This document shows, in pieces, positions 12,971 through 23,681 of a stretch of 64,000 nt of DNA. The notes beneath the pieces are model-generated. The model worked only from the letters and a program-made list of their open reading frames with translations, had not been told where the DNA came from and searched no databases. Position 1 is the first letter of the stretch. Each line of letters starts with the position of its first letter. Source of the stretch: Patellaria atrata CBS 101060 (Eukaryota); the NCBI GenBank assembly GCA_010093705.1, contig MU006091.1:1302001-1366000 (forward strand), given 5' to 3'. The translations under genes and the position numbers were made by a program.

Positions 12971-13682
12971 ATGGCTTCAAACATCTCATACGACTTGATC
13001 TGGGAGATCACACGTATGTTCAACTGTTCCTCCTGCATTCTGGGTGTGAATTCATGGCCACTGAGCTAACAATATGCCGTAGGCCAAAACAGTTCCTACC
13101 TCGTGAAGCGCAAACAAGCAGGCGGCGTTCAGTTCTCAAGAGATCCTCTAAACTTAACGAACAAGCACTCTAAGAAGGTGAATACTCTTACGTGTCACAG
13201 CTGTAAAACTATTCTAACAAGACCTCAGTATGAGGGCTATGCGAACGATAAGGTAATTGAACCTCGAGCGCATAACCAAACCATCTCCACCAGAATATAA
13301 CTTATGGGACTTGTTCAAACTCTAGGCTATTGGCATCCTTCCTGGCGAGAATGGCGGCGTCACTCTTCTGACAAAGAAGACTGGATCGGCGAACAAGCCC
13401 TCGAGCGCCCTGCATACTACCAAGTTCGGCTCAAACAAGTCGTCAAGGAAGTCAGTATCCTACAACTACCGTTTCTTCCGCAAGGATAGTGTATAGTAAC
13501 AAGCAGTAAATAGGACATACCGTAGTATCGTCAGCAGCACCGCAAAGAAGGGATACCGACCGGATCTTCGTGCTGAAGCTGTTTCACGTGCGAGTGCTAT
13601 CCGGAAGAGCCAGAAGCCCGTTAAACAGGACAAGCCGGCGAAGTTAAGGGGAGCAAAGGCGAGAAAGGCTAATGAGCAGTAG
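12971..13682 (+). CDS. RPL28: 60S ribosomal protein L28e (eL28); about 5 exons
   Basis: Spliced protein MASNISYDLIWEIT..NSSYLVKRKQAGGVQFSRDPLNLTNKHSKK/YEGYANDK/AIGI..GYRPDLRAEAVSRASAIRKSQKPVK. Confidence 0.92.
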
Positions 13683-14360
13683 AGGCGGAAAGATTAGTGG
13701 TAGTGTAGGAGTTAGGTGGGCCGGTATGCATCAAGCGCTTTACATATCTGCGCTTCGTTCCACATATGTTAAGGTATGCCTAGCATTGATGTGAATCTTA
13801 AAAGGATGACACCAAGATATTTCAACACTTTAAATGCATCACCGTGGTGAATCTTTTGTCTGCTCTCTATGGCACTGAATGTTTACCTAATGAGCTATTT
13901 AGTTCCAATAATATTTTGATATCTCGTGGCAATATCACAAAATATGATGCGCTGCTTGTATAACACCATTATGGTTGTTTGGTATTCCCTTTCTGAGCGC
14001 TAGCCGCTAGGTTCTGGAAATGGCTTAGTTCATTTGTTCTAGATCCTCAGTGACTTTTTATCATAACCTACATTCCACTCGACATGAGAGGACAAATATG
14101 ATCACATAAAATAAGGTATACCTTAACGGTATGGGTCTAATTCATGATATATATGGTGGTGCTTCAATTAATAGTCCGTCCTCAGTTCTTATACCCTCTA
14201 TCCCATATCCCTTTTCAGCCTTGACCACGATCAAGTGAAAGAACTTAGATTACTGAAGGCCCGGGTTATCCCAGATCGATCGGTATTTAGTAATAGCTTT
14301 GTCCGTCATTGACATACACTTGGTGTTCCCATTAGAAGTGTATATCTTGCATGATATTCC

Positions 14361-16500
14361 ATGCGTCAACGAGCATCCTTAGCAACCTTCCTGGAAGAAT
14401 GGAAAACATCGAGACAGCTCCAAAAAGCTTCAAAACGGCTTTGTCAAAGATGTGGCAACCTTGCGGTGGAGGACTTGGGGGCATACGAAATCCAGCCCAA
14501 TTTATATGCACTGGCAGCCTCCGCGGTAGATTGCCGGTTATGCAACTTAGTATATCAATGTATCTTGAAATACGGTCCTCACACGAAGGATAGCCCGACT
14601 CTGATAGATAGTTCGACGCCTTCTATAACTCTTGAAGCTGAACTTTCAGACGATTCTAGCGGTAGGCGTCATTTTCAAGACATTAGAATAAGAAGTTATA
14701 GGGATCCCCTCCGAGGATATGCGTGGTTGAAGACCTTTGTATTGGATAGTAAGTCCCCGGAGAATTCTTCATTATACTATACCCTCGAACTGAGCTCTTC
14801 TCTTATCGCCCATTTGTCTAAGGAGTTCAAAGTTCAAAAGATATGTACCCTGACTGTATGTAGAAGATCGTTTAGCGACAGACTGCCACTTCAACGGTAG
14901 GCCTTTGTCTGTAAAGCAAGGTTCACGCAAATCCATTGAGAGAGTGAGGCAAATTCTAGACTCTTGTATAGCTGAGCACGAAGAGTGTAAAGAGCCTTTA
15001 GAGATTGACCTTGACAAATTGCCAAGTAGGGTTCTAGATGTCTCTTCTCTCGCAAAAGATAATTACGTGTTCCTATCGGAAGTTGTTGTTCCTGCCCAAA
15101 CTTATATTTGCCTCAGTCATTGCTGGGGAGAAACGCAACCGATTACAACGACACCTGAGACATTACATGAAAGAAAATCCTCCATAGCAATTGATACCCT
15201 TCCCAAGACGTATAAAGATGCGATTATGCTTACACGAGCATTATCAAAACGTTATCTCTGGATAGATTCTCTATGTATAGTCCAAGCCCCGCATCCAAAT
15301 CCAGACTGGGAGAGAGAATCTGCGAAAATGGGTTGGATCTTTCGAAATGCATTCTGTACCATCTCAGCGTCAGCAGCTACCACTGGGTCAGAAGGATGCT
15401 TTTCTTCGGAATTACGATTCACCAAGAGTGTCCCTGTCTCCGTCCAGTGCAGAACTAGTGACTACTCTGGAACCGTGTTTTTCTCACTCATCCCTAGCGA
15501 AAAGTTGCTACCCAACAACTCATTCCGAGAACAGATGCTTAAAGCGCCTGTCAATACTCGCGGATGGTGTTTGCAGGAGCAAATCCTGGCGAGTCGGATA
15601 ATACATTGTTGCCCTGACCAGATTTACGTTCAATGTAACAAGCATGTCGTAGGTGAGAACGGATATATTTTTGACTATGCTAGAAAATCTCCGCTTCCAC
15701 CATTGTTAAAACATTTTCTTCCACCACCAGGGATATATTGTGGTCATATGAAAAGATGCTTCTACTTCAATCGCGCTTGGTGCACAGTCACCGAGATGTA
15801 CAGCCATCGGCATTTGACTCAGGATTCTGATAGGCTCCCAGCGATCTCAGGTCTAGCTTCAGCTCTTCAATTGCTCGTGGATGATCGGTACTTCGCCGGA
15901 CTATGGCTGTCTTGTTTACATCGCCAGTTACTGTGGTTTGGATATTTGGACAAACAGATCTATAGTCCCTACCGTGCTCCATCTTGGTCTTGGATTTCTC
16001 ACGGCAGCGGAGTCAGGTATGCACCCTTGGCCTTCAAAGCGTCTAATTGGGAATCTTTGGAATCAAGGATTCAAGTCGTGGAAGTCCGAATGGTCCCTGA
16101 AGGGAACGATCCAAACGGAGCATTAAAGTATGGAGAACTCACACTTACCGGTCAGGGTAAAGCATTTCTCGTGAAAGATGAACCTTGTGACGGCCATGAA
16201 GATAACATAATCAGGAATCCAAAGATGCTTACAGACGCGGAGCATTCCTCAAGTGCTTCCGACAAGCTCCCATTAAGTGGATGGGCTAAGCTGGACACAA
16301 ATAACGAACAGGATATTGCTGTTGTGGGCCTACTTCTGATCCACAATAACTCTTGGTCTAATGAATATTTTATGTACCCAAATATTCTACTTTTAAAGGA
16401 GGTAGACTCGTCCAGATATCAAAGAGTGGGCGTCGCATATGTAGAACAGGATGAGAATATATATACAGAGATATCGGAAAGCCAGTTTACGATTATCTAA
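14361..16500 (+). CDS. Heterokaryon-incompatibility (HET) domain protein; 2 exons
   Basis: N-terminal LCQRC..CRLC; HET blocks LPSRVLDV, YICLSHCWG, KTYKDAI, YLWIDSLCIVQ, WERESAKMGWIFRNA, RGWCLQE, DRLPAISGLA and RAPSWSW. Intron GTAAGT (about 14748) to TAG (about 14863). Confidence 0.9.
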
Positions 16501-16852
16501 TAGAAATTTACTTTTTGTTGTTTTTTTTATACTAACTTACAGAGCGCCCCATTTTAGTTCAAAACAAAAATTATAGAAATTATGAAGCATTATTTAAAAA
16601 TTCAGACAAGGCACCGTCAAAAGAGATGATGTGGATTCAGCCTCTGGCGACACCTCTGTGTTCCATACCATCGTAACTGATCAACCAATCAGACCATCAA
16701 AACGCAATGATCGACAACCCAGTGGCGCTCATGTACCCCCACGCAAATATAACGTCACTAAACGTCCGGGATTTAGTTTATTTAGACTTCACGTCCTCGT
16801 CTGTATATCTGAAGCTAATAAACTGCGGATAATATATTACAACACCTCCACA

Positions 16853-17994
16853 ATGCGCTCTTTGACTACGGCAGCCTTTGCTGCCTTTTCTTTAGCTAGT
16901 CCCATCGCCGAACAAATTCCAATAACTCCATTCCGCTCGCAGCCATTGATCGGTTTCGGAACATGGAACCTTGACATCTTCCCAGAGAACACTACCGCTG
17001 CCGTTTCCATAGCACTGCAAGCTGGATATCGACAAATTGACTGCGCCGCCGCGTATGGAAATGAAAAGGCTGTGGGCAAGGGAATTGCAGAGGGAATGGA
17101 GAGAGCAAATCTGCAGAGATGGCAGATCTGGGTAACGAGCAAGTTGTGGAATGACCAGTATGGTGTATTCGCTTCTAGTTGAGGTTTGAGTAGAACTGAT
17201 TAGTTTCCGTAGCCATGCTGTAGGCAAAGTTGAAGAAGGCTTGAATCAAACTCTAAAAGACTTAGGATTAGACTATCTAGACCTCTATCTGATGCATTGG
17301 CCGGTTGGAAACGCTCCTATAACCGGGAAACTGCGATTCGACTACATTGAGGTAATTCTTTGTTATTTGTTCCTTCCAGCTCTTACATCTTCACCTGTCG
17401 CAAACAAGTGAAATACCTGCCGTTCAATCTACTGACTTTGAACAGACATGGCACGCCATGGAAAAGCTCCTCGACACTGGAAAAGTCCGTAACATAGGCG
17501 TCTCCAACTTCTCTCGCGGACAGCTCCACCGCCTCATCAAATCTTCCAAGGTGAAGCCTGCTGTGCACCAAATGGAGCTCCACCCTTACCTCCACCAGGA
17601 AAAGTGGATTCGCATGCACCAGGCACACGGAATCGCAGTGACCGCGTATTCTCCCCTTGGTAACATGAATCCAACGTATCATGATGACGATTCCGACGAC
17701 ACAGAATCTCCACCATTGCTCCTCAAGAATCCGGTTATCCTGAACATCGCACGTAAACGGAGCTGTACTGCTGCTCAGGTGGCTCTAGCTTGGGGTATGA
17801 GCAGAGGTACCAGTGTGATCCCGAAGAGTTCCCATGAGGACCATATCCGAGAGAATATCGGTGCGACTGAGTGCCATTTGCAGAAGGAGGACTTTCGGGA
17901 GATCGTCGAGGTGGGAAGGAAGTGGAGCACTAGATTCAATAATCCAGGCGAGGGTTGGGGAGTTCATCTGTTCGAGGGATTAGAGGATTCTTGA
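16853..17994 (+). CDS. Aldo-keto reductase with an N-terminal hydrophobic leader; 3 exons
   Basis: [61 protein letters not shown] and VIPKS; the D-Y-K-H catalytic tetrad is present. Confidence 0.92.
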
Positions 17995-18989
17995 TATTAT
18001 CCATGGCGCTTGAGACTCGGACTTCATACTTCGCGTGTGTTCTCGCTTATGGACATAACTGTAACCGTTCTGATCAATAATTGTAACTCTGGATCCTCTT
18101 ACAGTTGTGAACATGTGCTCTGTGACTACTCAATCGCATCTGCGCTGTAATTTTTGACGTCAATTCAACTGAGGGTCCCCGTCACCGCAGGAGGAGTCCC
18201 ACCCATCCCTCATGAGCAGGCAGCTCACCACGCGTTACGTGCTTACACAATGTTGCTGGCACTGACACTCCGGTCGCAATCATCCCCCATCGCCCAAAGC
18301 TCTCTCCCTTGATTAACTTCTCGCCATGCAATCTAGACTCTCCCAAGCTCTGGCACCATGGCCGGAAGACCCACTGTAACCCCCCATCATGAAGCCCACT
18401 TGGATCCCGCCCATCGGAGCCGGGCATCTCTACCGCAATGCCTCCTAACGCACCGCCACAGGACCAGACGCAGTCGAAGGCAAGTGAAGCGCACTAGACC
18501 CGAACAGAACACATTCGATCTTGCGCGCTGAATCAACTCCCTTGCACTATGCCCGAATAGAACACATTTGATTTGCTCTTCGAAAAAGTCACGATGTCTA
18601 AGGGGTCTTGGCCAATCGGGTGGGGTTCAGGGGATGAAGTCTTCACTCAAAACCACCACCACGGCGGCCTCATGACCAACGTCTTCTACCCGCCCCCTTG
18701 GACGAAGCGACTGCTTCTTGAATTGATCCGACGGCCTCGCTTCAAGCTTGGCAATGGTATAAGAATTCTTCCTGCCCACCAAGCTCCTTCTTTCCTTTCT
18801 TTTTTTTTTTTACCACCAGCACCAATCTTTCACTAACTGTCCCATCCTTCTTTTCTTTTTTCTTTTTATCACATTCCACATCCCGTCCCTCCCTAGCCTT
18901 TGTATCATCTCTCCTTTGTTGAACATCCCATCTCACTTCAGAATCTTTACTCAATCATCCCATCTTACTTCACCATCTCTTTACTCCAT

Positions 18990-19160
18990 CCCAACTCAAC
19001 CCAACCTTCAAGTCAAGTCAACCCTCAAGTCAACCCAACCCTCAAGTCAAGTCAAGAAAAAAGTCAACCCTCAAGTCAACAAAAGAGTCAACCCCCAAGT
19101 CTCAAAAAAAAGTCAACCCCCAAAGTCAAGAAAAAGTCAATCGTCCCAAGTCAAGTCAAT
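18990..19160 (+). repeat. Low-complexity (CAAGT/CAACC/AAAAAGT) degenerate tandem repeat
   Basis: Recurrent AAGTCAACCCTCAAGTC-like units, preceded by pyrimidine-rich tracts at 18770-18870. Confidence 0.75.
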
Positions 19161-19672
19161 AACACCTCTTTATTTTGTCAACCCATCCATGACATCATCC
19201 CTTTCTTTGCCTCACCGCAGCAACATCGCTGACACTCTCTGGACATTTTCTTTCCTCTGTGGATATCTCTCATATGGTCGTAAGACCGGGACCTGGGTGT
19301 CAACATTGGCCCAGGGGAAGACGGGTGGGCGGGACCGTTCTTCACCAAGGTTTGTTTTGTTCTTTGACGCTAACAACCTGTCAGAATCTTGGCATCTTGT
19401 TTGGTTCCATTGATCGAGTGCTGCATTTGCGCATCACGTTCGCGTCAACAACAACATCAATCAACCTGTATGAATGTAAGTTCCTCAAGCAATCACCACT
19501 TCACTCAACTAACCACATCACCAGTTCGATCCATCATGCCGCCGCATGTAAGTTTCCTAACCAACCCAACACCTCTCCCAGGCTAGCGGGCCTCAGTTGC
19601 GCGGCGTGACCGAGACTGATGGCCGGAGGGTCGGGGCCGCCATCACCTTCTCCCTCCCTTTACGAGTAAGCG

Positions 19673-20041
19673 GGTCTCCCAAAACCGCACCCTCATTCTC
19701 TCATCTTTGAAGAGTTGCCACGGTCTCTAAAAACCGTATCGGACCTTGGTCTACGGGTGCAAGCTCGAAGGGCGTAAGGAATCCATGGAAGAAGAAGGCG
19801 CGGTCTTCCATGCGGCTATCTGACGCGAGATGGCGGGCCTCGCTCAGTTTGGGTCGATCGTATTAGTTCCGGGTAATCTTCGAAACCCATGAAACAAATC
19901 CCGTCTTGTCTTGTCTTTTAAGAGTTTGGCTGGGTCTCCCAAAACCGCCTCGTTTTTCTAGTCTTTGAAGAGTACGCGGTCTCCCAAAATCCGTCACCTT
20001 ACTTCCATCTTTGAAGAGTTCCTGCTGGTCTCCCAAAACCG
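19673..20041 (+). repeat. Bipartite ~47-bp degenerate minisatellite (GGTCTCCCAAAACCG...TCTTTGAAGAG)
   Basis: Five copies of GGTCTC(C/T)(C/A)AAAA(T)CCG at about 19673, 19722, 19933, 19978 and 20027, alternating with four copies of TCTTT(G/T)AAGAG. Confidence 0.8.
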
Positions 20042-20354
20042 GTAAGGGTCTTCGGATCCATTTGGGCCTTGTGTCGCTCATGGGACATAAGATGAAAGGG
20101 GAGGGTTGGGGCCCCTTTCAACATCAATGAATGCATTTGGGATCAACTTCGCTTGTCGCACTTGACTTCTCAACAGATTCAATCACCTTCTCTTTCCACG
20201 TTTTCAACCATCAACGCAAACATCATCTCATGCCGCGTCGCCAAGACATGCACTCAGTAAATCAACCCACCCCCACGACACAACAACATTTACAGTCTGT
20301 CACAGGAACAAACATCCTCACGATGCATCCAAAAAAAATTGAACAACATATCAA

Positions 20355-21955
20355 CGTGGGCATCAGCGCAGGGCGCGCTGACCGTGAACGGAGGGGAGGG
20401 GCCGTATCACATCGGGCCCCAGGGCGACGGACGCCCTGGGTGTGTGGAAAGGCATCGTGGACGGAGGTGCGCTTGTGGACATGGGCTGGATCCTAGGAAG
20501 TTGTGTCGTCCTAGGTGGGAACGAGGCGCCGTGGACGGTTGGTGGCGCCTGAGGATTGGGGGTGGGGCCTTAGGGTGTCTGTCATCCTTTGTGTGTAGAA
20601 AGGTACCGTGGATGGAGGTACCTTGTGGATGTGGGGAATGGGACTCTGTGCCACTTTGGCGGCCTGAGACAATGCCGGAGGGGTGGGCCGGTATCACCTT
20701 GGTCCCCAAGGCGTCTGTCGCCCTGGGTTCGTAGAAAGGCACCGTGGATGGAGGTGCGCTTGTGGAAATGGGCTTGGGCCCAAGGACGTCTTGTCGTCCT
20801 TGGATTTGGAAGAGGCGCTGCGGATGGTTGGAGGCGCTTGGGGATTGGGTGGAACCAGGGCAACAGGGCCTTGGTAGAGTTGAAACGCGTCGAGGATTGG
20901 AGACGCCTTGTGGAGATGGAGGAAAAACGCCGTGGTGGAGGAGGGTGCGTTTTTCCTCCATGGGGAATGGGAATTGGTGTTTTGGCCGCACTGAGACAAT
21001 ACCGGAGGGGTGGGCCGGTATTAGGTATCGTTATGTTTTCTCTTTTTCCTTCATTCAATTATTCCTTTCCTCATTCCCTCCTTCGTTCCCTTCTTCTTTC
21101 CCTTCTTCTTTTCTCTCCTTCTTTCTCTTCTTCTTTCCCTTCCTCTTTCATCTCTTTTTCCTTTCTCCTTGCTCTTTCTCCCTTATCATGCCGCAGGTAA
21201 ATATAATTCACATGCTGCAGGCAAAAGAAATTTTATATCATTCTCAAAGACATTGATCCACTTCACTTCAATTTATCTCTTACTAACACCACATAGGACT
21301 GCAATACAAATGGGGTCAGTGCAGGGCGCGCTGACTGGTGCCGGAGGGGAGGGGCCGGACACCGTGGGCTCCAGGATGTCCGTCATCCTGGGAGAAGGAA
21401 GGGGCGCCGTGGATGGAGGCGCTCAGAGACCGGTCGGGCCTCAACGCAGGGCGCGCTGAGACGTGAACGGAGGACGGGTGGGGCCGTGTCACATTGGGCC
21501 CCAGGGCGTCCGTCGCCCTGGGTGTGGGAATGGGCATCGTGGATGGAGGTGCTCGGGGATTCGGTGGGACCTGGGCATTTGTGCTCTGGTAGATTGGAGA
21601 GGCGCCGGGGAAGGAGGCGCCTTGAGGGATGGATGCTTCGGCCTCCATGGGGAAGGGGACTCAAGCAGGGTGCTGAGACGGTGCCGGAGGAGTGGGCCGG
21701 CATCATGGGCCTCAGGGCGTCTGTCGCCTTAGGTGTGGGAATGGGCGCCGTGGATGGAGGCACTCGGGGATTGGGTGGAACCAGGGCAACAGTGCCCTGG
21801 CAGATTTGAAAGGTGTCGAGGACTGGAGACGCCTTGTGGAAATGGAGGAAAAACCCCGTGGAGGTGGATGGGTGGATTTCTTCTTCCATTGGGGAATGGG
21901 ACTTGGAGCAGTAGCGCTCTGAGACGATACCGGAGGGGTGGGCCGGTATCATGGT
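20355..21955 (+). repeat. GC-rich higher-order direct repeat: two ~650-bp copies (about 20355-21030 and 21310-21955) built from shorter subunits
   Basis: GGATTGGGTGGAACCAGGGCAACAG..GGAGACGCCTTGTGGA occurs at about 20843 and about 21768. GTGGATGGAGG-like cores and GGAGGG(G)TGGGCCGGTAT recur throughout. Confidence 0.85.
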
Positions 21956-22607
21956 TTTGACTTTATCTTTTTCGCAGGCAAGAATATGTCAAGCTGCGAT
22001 GGAAAAAGAATCAGCGGAAAAAAAATGGACCGTGTCGAGCTGTGACGACATAAGAAAAAAGGAAATTGCGACAGGTAAAACCATTTTCAAGCTGTCGTGG
22101 AAAAATGAACATTGTCCCAGGTAAAAACATCTCCAGCGGCTGCGACGAAGAAAAATGGACATCGCGCCAGGGAAAACCAACCTCAAGCCCTCTTGCAAAA
22201 GGGAACATAGACTTACTTACTCCTAGCAGCTTGAATGCAAAACCCTCAAGGCCAATCGACCCAGCCTCAGCACACTCGAACACTCGAAACAACACTAGAA
22301 GCGCATGGCGAGCATCATTCTCTTCCCATCTTCAATCGCAGCCGTCTCCTAGTCGGAGTCCGACAAACTCTCATTCCAAGCTCTTCATACAAAATCTCAT
22401 GCCTCCGCGCCAAGTCAAGTGCTCAACTCACATCTTCAGATCCGCAGCGATCGGAGAAAGCTGGAGCACCATCAGCGGGCTCATCCTCAATCTCGCATCT
22501 GATGAGAAAAGCAAGACCTACCTGGGAGAAGCGGTAGTCACGTCAGATTCCGACTCTATCCGCAGCTTGACTGGTATCAGTCGTTAAGCATCCCCATAGT
22601 ATAGTAT

Positions 22608-22686
<79 letters not shown>
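22608..22686 (+). repeat. (TAGA/GATA)~20 microsatellite
   Basis: Perfect 79-bp tetranucleotide tract. Confidence 0.98.
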
Positions 22687-23681
22687 TCAGTGAGTCAAAC
22701 GAAATCCATTGATCCGAATCTTTTGACTTGGGCTTGAAATTGACGCCTCATTTGATGCTTTTGCTGCGCTTGACTTTGAAAATGAGTCTTGGGTTTGATA
22801 CCGTACTTGACTGTGACTGCGTGACTGATTGAGGCCTACAACTGCATTCCACTCAAGTCCTCACCCCAGCTCCATCTCACTCACCTCACTCACCCCAGCT
22901 CATCTCACCAAAGCAGCAAACCCGTCCAAACCCATCTCAAAAACCCAGAAACGGCGCACCTCACCATCTTAAAAACCCGAGCAGACTACAGAAATGAAAG
23001 TTTTAACCGTACGGTTGAGATTCATATTCTCATTTTGACGGGAAAAAGGTATGATGCAAGTCCATGGGACGACGTTGGGATGAGGATCGGATGAGATAAG
23101 ATCGGTAGCGACTTACGTAAACCCGCCGTCCTCCTAACCTCAAGGTACTGTACCCCTTTGTGCCTTACCTACTACTCCCAGACCATGGACGAGTTAGGTT
23201 ACGTTAGTAGGATACCAACCGAAAACCACCTCATTCATGAGTCCGTCTACCTACTCTACCGTAGTCACTCAGACAATCGGACGATACAACTCGATAACAT
23301 TCAAAACAAAGTCTCGTGGGGATAGAACTGTTTGAAACTCGCCCCTCCGGTCACCGCCATCCGACATGCTATATATACAGTCCATCGTTGACGGGATAGA
23401 AAACATTCTGCAATACACGCATAGTTATAAGTCACAGCGCCTCATGAACCGTACGAAAGTAAGGTATAATGATAAAGACAGGAGCGTGCAATAACTAGAA
23501 TAGATAGATAGCTAGATAAATAGATAAACCCGAATCCCGCATATGACTCCCTACATTAACGCCTTGATAAAGACCCCCCCCAAGCTCTATCCCTAAACCC
23601 CCCCTATCCCGCACCATCCCTTGAAACCCGCTATCCCCCTGTCCCCACTCCCCTCATAAACCCTCATCACCATCCCCTTCC

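Noticed and set aside
19673..20041. CRISPR-like repeat-spacer appearance
   Set aside because: Eukaryotic context, short degenerate boxes, spacers only 5-16 nt and no cas genes.
20407..21952. Many overlapping 100-200 aa ORFs on both strands
   Set aside because: Expected in GC-rich, stop-poor repeats. Only the spliced plus-strand model is kept, as a hypothesis.
22591..22607. TCCCCATAGTATAGT resembling a tRNA 5' end
   Set aside because: No anticodon arm, T-loop or acceptor-stem partner follows; the sequence runs into the GATA tract.
18153..22750. Possible TIR pair GACGTCAATTCAA / TTGAAATTGACGC bounding the island
   Set aside because: Short, imperfect and without a TSD; compatible with chance.
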